36,427 nt of DNA from Chiloscyllium plagiosum (lineage: Eukaryota): assembly GCF_004010195.1 (NCBI RefSeq), contig NC_057751.1, positions 699,836 through 736,262 on the forward strand. The letters are read 5' to 3'. The notes under the pieces are model-generated. The model saw only the letters and a program-made list of their open reading frames with translations. It had not been told where the DNA came from and did no database searches. The position numbers and the translations under genes are program-made. Positions 1-10,294 of this stretch are shown here, one piece after another (within the stretch, counting starts at the first letter, position 1; every line of letters starts with the position of its first letter).

Positions 1-66
1 ATGACAGGGCGGCGCAACATCGAGGGCCGAAGGGCCTGTACTGCGCTGTAATGTTCTATGTTCTAT
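1..66 (+). mobile_element. 3' terminus of a CR1-type LINE (or of a SINE sharing its tail)
   Basis: gggccgaagggcctgtactgcgctgtaatgttctatgttctat: the conserved CR1/HER1 3' motif followed by a (TTCTATG)n tail. A near-identical end occurs at 17241-17283. Confidence 0.8.
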
Positions 67-240
67 AAGATTTGTTTTGAAATGTTTAACCATCATCATA
101 CCAATTTGAACCATCTTTCCAACCAAAGGCAGAAATTGGGCTGAATATGGATAATTAACATTTGAACCAAAATTATGCATATGTACTTATAAAAATAAGG
201 TGATTAAGCTTCTTTCAGAAGCTCATGAAGATTGGGAGAC

Positions 241-597
241 ATTTACAAAATTATCAGGGGCATGGATAGGGTAAATAGACAAAGTCTTTTCCCTGGGGTG
301 GGGGAGTCCAGAACTAGAGGGCATAGGTTTAGGGTGAGAGGGGAAAGATATAAAAGAGACCTAAGGGGCAACTTTTTCACGCAGAGGGTGGTACGTGTAT
401 GGAATGAGCTGCCAGAGGAAGTGGTGGAGGTTGATACAATTGCAACATTTAAAAGGCATCTGGATGGGTATATGAATAGAAAAGATGTGGGCCGGATGCT
501 GGCTGGTGGGACTAGATTGGGTTGGGACGTCTGATCAGCATGGATGGGTTGGACTGAAGGGTCTGTTTCCGTGCTGTACATCTCTATGACTCTATGA
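241..597 (+). mobile_element. 5'-truncated CR1 LINE (ORF2 C-terminus plus 3' UTR)
   Basis: Translates YKIIRGMDRVNRQSLFP...TRGHRF...FFTQRVVRVWNELPEEVV...FKRHLDGYM, typical of the CR1 ORF2 end. Ends in ctctatgactctatga. Near-identical to 23316-23690. Confidence 0.93.
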
Positions 598-664
598 GAT
601 GTTTCAGCTTTTCCAGCACCCTTTAGTGATGGTCATTACGTTCACCTCTGCCTTCTGACATTCT

Positions 665-935
665 TGAAGTTCTGGCATACTGCTGATGTTTTCCACTGAG
701 TGATATAAAATACCTTTTCAGTTCCATCACCATTTCTTTGATCGCCATTACTCCTTCTCCAGCCTCATTTTTATGCAAGCCCATATCCACTCTTGCCTCT
801 CTTAACTGTTATGTATCTGAAAAACCTCTTGCAATCTTCTTTTATATAACAAGCTAGCTTGCCCTGACATTTCATCTTCTGCTGGTTTTTAAAAGCTTCC
901 CAATCCTCTGGCTTCCCACTAATCTTCACCATATT
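665..935 (-). mobile_element. Decayed CR1 ORF2 fragment (linker between endonuclease and RT)
   Basis: The minus strand reads ...GKLACYIKEDCKRFFRYI..., homologous to IKENPKRFYKYIK in the 22426 ORF. Confidence 0.7.
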
Positions 936-1007
936 TTCATACTTCCTGTACTTATCCCAATATCAAAACAGTATTACAGTGTATTCCAATCAGAAAACTG
1001 TCAGATT

Positions 1008-1200
1008 CTCAGTACCATCTCTTCCTCAGCGCTGACCTTCCAACAGGACAGCTGTCCCTCAGTACCAATTCCCACAAATATACAGTCAGTGCGCCCTCGT
1101 CACTGACTTTCTGACCTTGTCGTGCTCCATCAGTGTTGAACCTTTGAGAACAGTGTTCCCTCAATGCTAATCCTTGACAGTGGAGCAATCCCCCAAAAAT
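1008..1200. repeat. Degenerate array of the ~33-bp Deu-SINE-derived minisatellite
   Basis: Recurrent ccctcagtac / ctgacc / gacagtg motifs matching the cleaner array at 7963-8240. Confidence 0.55.
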
Positions 1201-1244
1201 CAGCCTCCAGCAATGCTGCTCTCTCTCAATACATCCTAGCAAAT

Positions 1245-1870
1245 GAATTTGGAGTAGAAAAAGATCATTCGGCCCTTAAGCTTGCTCTGCCATTCAATAA
1301 GATCATGGCCAATCTGTTTGCGTTTTGAATTTTACATCTTCATCAATGTCCTATAACCCATGATTCCCTTATCTCAATCTTTTACAATTTATATCAATGA
1401 GGACTTATATCCTTCCTATAGCAGGGTGGCAAGAACTACACTAAGTACAGAAGAAGCCTCACCCATGTCCTGTATAACCTCAACATGGCATCCCAACTCC
1501 TATACTCAAAGGTCTGAGCAATGAAGGCAAGCATACCAAGTGCCTTCTTATCCACCGTGAATGCCAGTGATGCCAGTGATGCAGATTTCAAATAATTATA
1601 AGCCTGACGCCTTGGTCTCTCTGTTCTACAACACTATCCATGGCTCTATCTATTAAATTGGAGAGGCTTCAGAAAGATGTATGAGATGTTGCTGAGAATG
1701 GAGAGTTTGAGTTAAAAAAATAGGCTTGGAATTTTTCCACTGGAGTGGAGGAGTTTGAGGGTGACCTTACAGAGGTTCATAAAATTATGAGGGGCATTAT
1801 GGTGAATAGCAAAGGTCATTTCCCTCAGGTGGGTGTGTTCAAAACTAAGAGGTGTATTTTTATGGTAAGG
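1245..1870. mobile_element. Cluster of decayed CR1 fragments (1245-1370 minus 3' end; 1410-1655 minus RT C-terminus; 1660-1870 plus RT C-terminus)
   Basis: cattcggcccttaagcttgctctgccattcaataagatcatggc is a reversed 3' UTR. gggtgaccttacagaggttcataaaattatgaggggc is the GDL.EV.KIMRG motif. Confidence 0.7.
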
Positions 1871-2125
1871 GGATTCTCAGTCTAGACATTATCTGCGAAA
1901 GTGCCCAAAGTGTAACTCAAACCTGCAATATTTTAACCCAGAGCTATGAATGCTATCAGTGATCCAGAGTATGGTTCATGCAAATTTCAAAATGCTTTCT
2001 GGGAGAAGCTCAATGGACCACTCTCTTTACTTGTCCACTTCCTCTGGTCACAGTCATTTTGGATTGTTAAATGGAGTTTGAAGTATTCATCCATAGCTTA
2101 ATGCATTGATTATTCACACCCACAG

Positions 2126-2202
2126 AGCAAATATATACTGCATTGAATGTCATCAAGATATTGTTGACCCCAGGCGAATTAAGAAGTGTGGATGCAAAAG
2201 AA
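2126..2202 (+). CDS. Candidate internal coding exon A of an unidentified + strand gene ([27 protein letters not shown])
   Basis: Acceptor cacacccacAG at 2124-2125 and a strong donor GAA|GTGAGT at 2203. 77 nt, phase 2 to phase 1, open and in frame with exon B. Lies in a TE-free island. Confidence 0.65.
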
Positions 2203-2277
2203 GTGAGTATTTCTAACTGCATCATTACAATGCCTCAGAGTGCTTCACAGCTAATTGAATACTGATTAACTGCAGTC

Positions 2278-2715
2278 ACGTATGAGGAGAGATTGACTCG
2301 TTAGGGTTGTTTACGCTAGAGTTTGGATGAATGAGGAGGGATTTCACAGAGACCTGTAAAATTCGAAGGACTCGATAGGGTAGATGCAGGCAGGATGTTC
2401 CCGATGGTGGGTGTGTCCATCAGGGGTCACAGTCTGGGGATTCATGGTAGACCATTTAGGACGGAGATGGGAGACATTTCTTCACCCAAACAGTGGTGAG
2501 CCTGTGGAATTCATTATCATAGGAAGTAGTTGATGTCAAAACATTGAATGTATTCAACAGGTGGCCAGATGTAACACTTGGAGTGAATGGGATCAAAAGG
2601 TATGGCGAGATGGCAGGATTATATCATTGGGTTGGACAATCAACCATGATCATGATGAATGGTGAACCAAGCTCTCAGGGCTGAATGGCCTCCTCCTATC
2701 TTCTGTGTCTCTATG
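2278..2715 (+). mobile_element. 5'-truncated CR1 LINE 3' end
   Basis: YEERL.RLGL / RGD / F.TQ.VV.LWNSL motifs with frameshifts. The 3' UTR ends gggctgaatggcctcctcctatcttctgtgtctctatg. Confidence 0.85.
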
Positions 2716-2859
2716 AACATATATGAAACAGTACAGCCAATGTAAGTCTGGAGAGATTCTAGGACGAGCAACAACTAGGCAATCTGTCAAGCAACGTTCC
2801 AGTCTGGCATCTGACTTGTCTGGTCATAACATCTGCTAGGCGTTACCAACACTGGGTCA

Positions 2860-3225
2860 TTGAAAGTGTGACTCCAGCGGTATTACACTGGAAGTGTCAG
2901 CATAGATAATGTGCTCACGTTTCTGGAATGGGATTTGAATCTAGTGGGCGGCACGGTGGCACAGTGGTTAGCACTGCTGCCTCACAGCGTCAGAGACCCG
3001 GGTTCAGTTCCCGCCTCAGGCGACTGACTGTGTGGAGTTTGCACGTTCTCCCCGTGTCTGCGTGGGTTTCCTCCGGGTGCTCCGGAGGAATGGGTGGGTG
3101 GGTTGCGCTTCGGCGGGGCGGTGTGGACTTGTTGGGCCGAAGGGCCTGTTTCCACACTGTAAGTAATCTATTCTAATCTAATCTAATCTTCTGTTTTAGC
3201 ATTGAGAATTCTAAGTATTGAGTGT
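2860..3225 (-). mobile_element. 5' part of a Deu-domain tRNA-derived SINE (SacSINE1-like), split by the HE1 copy at 2946-3189
   Basis: cactggaagtgtcagcatagataatgtgctcacgtttctggaatgggatttgaatc is a reversed B-box region. A degenerate continuation, cttctgttttagcattgagaattct, resumes after the HE1 tail. Confidence 0.55.
2946..3189 (+). mobile_element. HE1-type V-SINE (internally deleted)
   Basis: tRNA head with A box TGGCACAGTGG and B box GGTTCAGTTCC. V-domain gtgtggagtttgcacgttctccccgtgtctgcgtgggtttcctccgggtgctccgg. CR1-like tail ttgggccgaagggcctgtttccacactgt followed by (AATCT)n. Confidence 0.92.
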
Positions 3226-3345
3226 GTGTGAGGATGAATGGGTGTTTAGGAGTGTAGGTTTGTCTGGGTATGTGGGTTAGTGTCACAGACGATATGAAAG
3301 TAATTAGAGTCATAGAGTCAAACATACAGAAACAGATTCTTTGCA

Positions 3346-3620
3346 GGGCAGCACAGTAGCTCAGTGGTTAGCACTCCTACCTCACAGTGCCAGGGACCTG
3401 GGTTTGATTCCAGTTTTGTCTGTCTGGGTTTCCTCTCGGTGCTCCGGTTTCCTTCCACAGTCCAAAGATGTGCAGGTTAGGTGCATTGGCCATGGTGAAA
3501 ACCCCAGGTGGAGTTACAGGGATAGGCTGGGAGGCTGGGTCTGGTGGGATGCTCTTCGGAGAGTTGGCGCAGACTCAATAGGCTGAATGACCTCTTTCCA
3601 CACTATGATTCTATGCTATG
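3346..3620 (+). mobile_element. HE1-type V-SINE (older copy)
   Basis: gcacagtagctcagtggttagcact head, gtgctccggtttccttccacagtccaaagatgtgcaggttagg core, ctatgattctatg tail. Confidence 0.88.
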
Positions 3621-3819
3621 CAGTGTTCATTGACCGCTGCTATCAAATCATTCTTTCTCATTTATTAGTAACCAGTTTGAGACATACATTCTTTTCCTCG
3701 CTCTATGAAACCCACTCCTCCCCTCCCAACCCAAAATTCAGGGTGTGATGCATTCACAGTAGAATGTTTGTCTTGCAATGCAGTTGAGAGGGATTGCATG
3801 TCATAACTTCTTGTTTTAG

Positions 3820-3867
3820 AAAGGCTTATTACTAGCTACTCTGGGGAAGCTCATATAGATCATCTTG
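3820..3867 (+). CDS. Candidate internal coding exon B (K-RLITSYSGEAHIDHL-A)
   Basis: Acceptor cttcttgttttAG (3818-3819) and donor TTG|GTGAGC (3868). 48 nt, phase 1 to 1, open in the frame dictated by exons A and C. Confidence 0.65.
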
Positions 3868-4569
3868 GTGAGCTACATGAGAGAGATTTGTGGGCACATC
3901 ATTTCTGGTCCCTTCATTCGGTTGCCAAGTTGCTTTGGAAATGGGCAAATCACTCATTGCTGTGGTGAACTGAGGTTGATTGACATGTGCTTAATATGTG
4001 GTCCCCCCAGCTTCCAAACACATGAAAGTGGATCAGGAAGCTTTTCTTTCTTACCAGGTTTAAGGCCTGGCTGGCCATCATCTACAATACTATGTTTCTG
4101 ATGCCCATCATTGTTATGGCTTCATGAATGAATTCACATTAAACACAAGCTTACTTCCTTTTGAAGAAAATGGCTAACAATTATTGAGCCCGTATAAACT
4201 GAGAAACCATTGCCATAAGAGTGTCAGCTTTCTTAGTCACTGAAGTTTGTGTAGTGAAGAAATAGAAAAGTTTTTGGAAGGGCTGACTTAATGAGAAACT
4301 TAGATAGCATGGTGTTGCTACACATCTGCTGCCTTTGTACTTCAGGTTTGCAGAAGGTCAAGATTTTGCATTGACATGTTTGTGCAGTTCATTCAGCAAG
4401 TAGGACACTCTGTAGTGGAACAACTCTTAGATAACTGGACAGTAAAATATGCTGGAGTCAGGTCGTTGGAAATAAAAGAACTTGATTCTTTTACATCCTG
4501 TTCCTGAGTGACTGTGAGTTCAGCTTTGTGCATCCTGGGCGTGAGCTCCACATGTTCTGAAATCCTAGT

Positions 4570-4990
4570 TCTGTTGAGGAGTATTGAGGGAGCTTTCTCA
4601 ATCCCATGCTGAATCTGCCTTGCCAGTGTTTGATGGGAACAATTCGAGAGAATTTCATTAAGTTCAGTTTAAGAAGAGTAGAAGGAGCTTTATTCTGTAT
4701 CAAAGCCCATGTTGCTCCTGTCCTGGGAGTGTTCGACAGGGGACAGCTGTGTAGAGAAAGCTTTACTTTGTATCCTACCCAGTATTGTCCCTGTCCTGAC
4801 TGTACTTCGTGGGGACAGTGTGGAGAGATTTTATTATCAGTTTAAAATAATAGAAGGAGCTTTGTTCTGTATGTTACCCCATGCTGTCCCTGTCCTGGGA
4901 GTGTCTGAGAGGGACAGTATTGTGGAAGCTTTACTTTCAGTTTATTTTCAATGTAAAGGAGTAGAATAGGTTTTACTATGTACCTGACTG
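4570..4990. repeat. Degenerate ~70-bp minisatellite with interleaved shorter units
   Basis: The unit approximates gtagagggagctttactctgtatctaacccatgctgtccctgtcctgggagtgtttgatggggaca. The anchor agcttt (or a variant) recurs at about 4591, 4686, 4759, 4826, 4858, 4927 and 4968. Confidence 0.75.
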
Positions 4991-5339
4991 CTGAGGTTCT
5001 GGCCTTGGGAACATTCGACCAGCTAGTGTTGTGGGAACTTCGAACTCTGAACATAAACCATGTTGTAACTTCCCAAAGAGTTTTCTTCGAATTCAGTCAT
5101 GGGATGTGGTTCACTGGCTGGGCCAGCATTTGTAGCACATCACTATTTGCCATTAAGAATGCGATGGTGAATTGCATTAACTGGCACAAAATAAAACAGG
5201 AAAGGTATTTCGAGAAGGGATAAATGAGGGATAAATTAGGTCCAAGGAAAGGCCATTCAAACTGGCCAGAAAACTGAGGGTTCGAAGCAGTTGGGATTTC
5301 AGCAAATGTGGAAAAAAGGGTTGATTAATAAACCAAAAA

Positions 5340-6365
5340 GAGAGCTACTCAAAATGGAGAGCTGTGACCAGTGGGTGTTCCACAGGGATCCGTGCTGGGA
5401 CCACTGTTGTTTGTGATATATGTATATAAATGATTTGGAGGAAGGTATCGGTTGCCTGATTAGATGACACGAAGATTGGTGGAGTAGCAGATAGTGAAGG
5501 GGACTGTCAGAGAATACAGCAGAATATAGATAGGTTGGAGAGTTAGCCAGAGAAATTGCAGATGGAGTTCAATCCAGGCAAATGCGAAGTGATGCATTTT
5601 GGAAGACCCAATTCAAGAGCAAACTATACAGTAAATGGAAAAGTCCTGGGGAAAGTTGACATACAGAGAGATATGGGCGTTCAGGTCCATTGTTCCCTGA
5701 AAGTGGCAACGCAGGTCAGTAAAGTGGTCAAGAAGGCATACAGCATGCTTTCCTCCATTGGACGGGGTACTGAATACAAGAGTTGGCAGGTCATGTTACA
5801 GTTGTATAGGACTTTGGTTTGGCCGCATTTGGAACACTACTTACAGTTTGGTCGCCACATTACCAAAATCATGTGGATGCTTTGGAGAGGGTGCAGAGGA
5901 GGTTCACCAGGATGTCGCCTGGTATGGAGGGTGCTAACTATGAAGAGAGATTGAGTAGATTAGCACTATTTTCATTAGAAAGACGGAGGTTGCGGGGAGA
6001 CCTGATTGAGGTCTACAAAATCATGAGAGGCACGGACAGGGTGGAGAGCAAGAAGCTTTTTCCCCAGAGTGGAGGACTCAATTACTAGGGGTGACGTGTT
6101 CAAGGTGAGAGGGAAAATGTTTAGGAGAGATATGTGTGGTAAGTTCTTTACGCAAAGGGTGGTGGGGGCCTAGAACGCGTTGCCAGTGGAAGTGGTAGGT
6201 GCAGGAACGATATCATCATTTAAGATGTATCTGGACAGATACATGAATGGGCAGGGAGCAGAGGGATACAGATCCTTAGAAAATAGGCGCAGGTTCAGAT
6301 AGAGGATATGGATTGGTGCAGGCTTGAAGGACCTGTTCCTATGCTGTAACTTTCTTTGTTTTTAG
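5340..6365 (+). mobile_element. CR1 LINE, ~1 kb 3' portion (RT core to 3' UTR), frameshifted
   Basis: [70 protein letters not shown] (ORFs 5556 and 5819). Confidence 0.95.
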
Positions 6366-6427
6366 TTCTAAAGCTTCGGTCTTCTGTTGGCTTCATGATT
6401 CTCTTCAGTCTTTCTTTTCCTTTCTAG

Positions 6428-6512
6428 CATACGACAATGAAAAGCTTCATTATTCTGTGATCCGAAGCCAGTCGTTGGGAGTGCTGCCAAGGCAGGGTGC
6501 ATCCCTTGAAAA
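6428..6512 (+). CDS. Candidate internal coding exon C (A-YDNEKLHYSVIRSQSLGVLPRQGASLE-N)
   Basis: Very strong polypyrimidine acceptor tctttcttttcctttctAG (6426-6427) and donor AAA|GTAAGC (6513). 85 nt, phase 1 to 2, open. Confidence 0.7.
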
Positions 6513-7673
6513 GTAAGCCAGATACCCAGCCTCACAATCTGATACCGCTGTTGTCCACCCCACAACTCAGGGCATATGTCCCTCTAACTCGGTCTGAATT
6601 TACCTTTTCGTGCTTTGATCTCCAGCTTATAGACACAGGCAGTGATAATAATGTTCAGATACACTGAGATTTATTTTCTGTGGCACCAAGTTATATTTCT
6701 GCCAGGACCCATGACAAAACAAAAAAAAACTGTCTATGAGGCACTCAAATATCTGTCTGTCCATTTGATCATTGGCACATTGACTTTCCTTAGTTTACCA
6801 GTGGAGGACTCATGCCAAGATCTGAAGACATGTGAGGAGGGCTTAAAAATCAAAGCACAGAGAAGTGAACTAATCTTCAGCCATTCATCTGAATTCGGAT
6901 ATCCTGGGACAGATTTTCCAAGAAGTGGCAATCTCAGCAATTTGCTAGTTGGGTGCCTGGGAAGTTGGATGCCAGATGGGTAGGAGGAGGTTGACATGTA
7001 AGTAAACAGAGTGCCAGGTGGGGCAGGGTGCCATGAGGAGAAGGGTGGTGAGGATGTCAAGTAGCTAGGGGTAAGGTGCAGGGTGCAAGGGACCAGGTAA
7101 ATGGTGCAGTATTTCGAGGAGGTCAGATTTTGAAAAATCAGGTCTGGAAGTGTGGGCTTTGAGTCCAAGGTAGATAACAGGTCTTCAGATTCCAACGGAT
7201 GAAGTGGGGAAGGGATGCTTCGGGTCCGAAGCAGTGTAAGGGTGTTAGGTCCAGAACAGGAGAGGGGTGTGTCTGCTACCGGACGTGTCAGGTCTGGGAC
7301 TGGAGAATGTAATGGGTCTGGGGGAGGTGTAGTTGTTGCTGTGTGAGTTAAGAATGGGGTCACTTGTACAGTTACTTAGGAGTTAGACTGTGTTTTTAAA
7401 CTGACTAACATTTCCTGAGTAACTATTGACTTAACTTCTTTGGAAGGCACTGAATTGTTTCATTTAAAGAGAGACTTTTGGAGAGGCCCAGGCAGAAGGG
7501 AATGATCCATCAGAATTTTCAGTTGTCCAGACTACTCCTTCAGAGTCTTCGGTAAATGGGATTCAACAGGTTACCAATGCGTGTCTCCCATCAATGCTGA
7601 AAATAATACCTGTTTTATGATTGGGAAATCTGACCAACTCCTGTGCCTACTTTTGAATTTGTTTTAATTCAAG

Positions 7674-7737
7674 TAATGAGACAAACGTAAAACTTGAAAC
7701 AACTTACGGAGGAAAGTTTGTCAGATTTGACGGGTGA
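7674..7737 (+). CDS. Candidate terminal coding exon D (N-NETNVKLETTYGGKFVRFDG*)
   Basis: Acceptor tttgttttaattcaAG (7672-7673), phase 2 matching exon C. TGA at 7735-7737, with AATAAA at 7929-7934 and 8401-8406 downstream. A competing phase-2 acceptor exists at 6793. Confidence 0.45.
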
Positions 7738-7928
7738 CACTTGGTGAGACTGAAGAGAAGCAGCTCTACCCAAGGGAGGTGAATATATTTAGAGTGTGAC
7801 GTTTACACAGGAGAGCTTCCATGATAACTTGCTCATAGAAATATGGATTACAAATAGATGAAAGGTGTTTTGTTTTAATATTTTGTGAAACTGAAGATTC
7901 AGAATACATTTCCATTATTCTGACTACA

Positions 7929-7934
7929 AATAAA
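7929..7934 (+). promoter_or_regulatory. Candidate polyadenylation signal of the + strand gene
   Basis: Canonical AATAAA about 190 nt after the candidate stop codon. Confidence 0.35.
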
Positions 7935-7962
7935 TAATTATGAATTTAATCATTCATTACGT

Positions 7963-8240
7963 CAGTACTGACCCTCTGACAGTGTAGCACTCCCTCAGTA
8001 CTGACCCTCTGACAGTGCAGCACTCCCTCAGCACTGACCCTCTGACAGTGCAGCACTCCCTCACTACTCATCCTTCGACAGGATAGAGCTCCCTCAGTAT
8101 TGACCCTCTGACAGTGTGGCGTTCCTGAGGATTGACCCTCTGACACTGTAGCACTCTCTCAGTAACTACCACTCGCACAGTGTAACATTCCCTCAGTAAC
8201 AACTCTAACACTACAGTGCTCCCTTAGTAGTGCACTGAGA
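7963..8240. repeat. 33-bp minisatellite, about 8 units
   Basis: Unit cagtactgaccctctgacagtgcagcactccct. The first three units are near-perfect and later ones decay. This explains the repetitive ORF 7946-8146 (GVLHCQRVSTE). Confidence 0.92.
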
Positions 8241-9626
8241 CTTTTTGCCCGAAATGTGTGATGTAGCCTGAGAAGTTGAAGTTGAACTTATAATTTCATG
8301 AGTTACAGTTGAGATCGCTTCTCATTGGGGCCCAGTTGTTGCAGAACACTATCTTTCAAAATGATCTGTTAGTTCCCTGGCCTCCTAATTCACATTTTCA
8401 AATAAAGAAGTGGGTTGTATGGCACTGATTATTCATCCTCTAGAACTGTGAGGCCCATAATTTGCCTAAGTACTGACATAGAGTGCAGAAATACTTCATA
8501 TTGAATCTGCTTATTGTTTAGTCGTCAGCTCACATTGCAGACAGCAGTCCCGCCACAATCCATTGTAAACAGTATTTTTCATGACAAGCTTACAATAGGT
8601 TTGATGTCAAATATCCCTAACTAATAGAATTTACAACGGTGCCTGCCAGCGATGACAGATTATTTGGAACACGTTCATGGAAGCTTAAAAAACATTTCAT
8701 CAAGAACAGAAACAAAAAAATACAGTTTGGAAAGGAGACAAACTGCCCAGCACCCCCTCCTCTCCCCCACCACAGCTTAAATTCTTTCCTTCTCTCCTCC
8801 AAATTCTCCTGCCACTATCCCCAATCTTTTACTGTCATCACTCTGTCCAGTCTGTCCCTCCCACTCTCTTTCCCCAATCCCTCTTGTACTCTCACTCTCC
8901 TAGCAAAGGTGAAGTTCAAACCTGCGCTCACAAACTGAGAGTTTTGGCTCCATCAGAATCAGGACACGAAAAGTTATTGGGAACCTGAGGCCTGGATAAC
9001 ATCAACAATCTAATCTTAAGGGTGCTCTATATTCAACAGTTTTCTTTCCTTTGGCTTCTGTTTAAGCTGGGGTTCCTACAATTCTGGTTAAATACTCAAA
9101 TTCACATCCTCCTGTTACGCAGCCATTCATCTCCCAATTGGGCTGCTGCAAAATCACCACATATTTTCATCTGGTTTTAGCTCTTCTCCCCCTTCTTCCT
9201 GGGAATCCCAGCTCCACATCCACCTGACTACATCTCCTCCTTCTCTCTGCAGTAGATAACCATGTCATTTCAATCTCTCCTCGGCTACATTGTTTGAAGC
9301 TTCCTTAATCTCCATTGACCACCTGTATACAGAATCGCAGAACTGTTATGGCAAAGAAAGAGGCCTTTCAGTCCCATCTGCCTGCTTCAGTTCTCCAAAA
9401 GAGCTGTCCATTTAATACCATTCTGCCTTCTTCCCTTGACCTTGCACAATGTTCCTTTTCATTTTTTTTTATCTGACTGGAACGTTAATCCTCCAACTAT
9501 ATCTTATTTTTACCTTATTCTTTAAACACTGCAATGTGAAAGTAATGCAACTACCTTCCTTTTTATTCCTCTTCAGTGTCTAAGATTTGTACTTTGGTAC
9601 TTGTACCTAAAATGGCACCATAAGAG

Positions 9627-9972
9627 GTGACATTGTGCAACTTTTCACTCTAATCCTGTACTTCTGTACTTGAGTACATGTAACAATAAAGGATATTCTA
9701 ATCCTAGTTACTTTTAAATGCCTTAATTCAAGCTGCCTCCACAACATAGGTTAGGTGCATTAGTAAGGGGTAAATGTAGGGGAATGGGTCTGGGTGGGTG
9801 TGACATTGTGCAACTTTTCACTCTACTCCTGTACTTCTGTACTTGAGTACATGTAACAATAAAGGATATTCTAATCCTAGTTACTTTTAAATGCCCTAAT
9901 TCAAGCTGCCTCCACAACATAGGTTAGGTGCATTAGTCAGGGGTAAATGTAGGGGAATGGGTCTGGGTGGGT
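9627..9972. repeat. Direct tandem duplication, 2 x 173 bp
   Basis: 9627-9799 and 9800-9972 match with three substitutions seen by eye. The second copy runs on into an HE1 3' tail ending near 10050. Confidence 0.93.
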
Positions 9973-10069
9973 TACTCTTCAGAGGGTTGGTGTGGACTTG
10001 TTGGGCCGAAGGACCTGTTTCCACAATGGCAGGATTGTATTAAAAAAAGTTATTGTTGCTCTCTTCTAT

Positions 10070-10290
10070 ATTTTTCCCAAATTTCTGCACTATCTAATAA
10101 GGCTGGCCTCACAACTGTCGTATAGACTCTTCCTTTCAGAGTCAGCAGTACCTTTCCATTACACAACATGCCACAGCACTTCTTCCAGTTCTTCCAAGTA
10201 ATGCTGATCTGTTGTTTTATTTCACTGCCTAAACTTCCATCTGAAAGACTAGTCTCCAACAACTCCAGTTTCTCACACAAATTGACCATA
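10070..10290 (-). mobile_element. RTE-clade LINE fragment (post-RT region)
   Basis: SDGSLGSEIKQQISITWKNWKKCCGMLCNGKVLLTLKGRVYTTVVRPALLDSAEIW matches the RTE motif W..W....GVLCD......LKG.VY...VRPAMLYG.E.W. Confidence 0.8.
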
Positions 10291-10294
10291 AAAT

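Noticed and set aside
2946..3020. tRNA-like sequences with A and B boxes (also 3346, 21317, 25117, 25434)
   Set aside because: These are SINE heads, each followed by the V-domain and a LINE-derived tail. They are not tRNA genes.
4058..4130. Strong + acceptor cttttctttcttaccAG at 4056-4057
   Set aside because: In the phase required after exon B it gives only GLRPGWPSSTILCF*, and I found no good donor. It may be a minor alternative acceptor but is unsupported.
6734..7363. 209-aa Pro/Thr/Leu-rich minus ORF
   Set aside because: It is the translation of a G-rich low-complexity tract on the + strand, with no domain motifs or supporting splice structure.
6905..7612. Possible non-autonomous DNA transposon (MITE) around the G-rich tract
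   Set aside because: The putative terminal inverted repeats match too poorly and no TSD is visible.
7963..8240. 33-bp periodic repeat superficially like a CRISPR array
   Set aside because: Units are contiguous with no unique spacers, there are no cas genes, and the context is vertebrate. It is a minisatellite.
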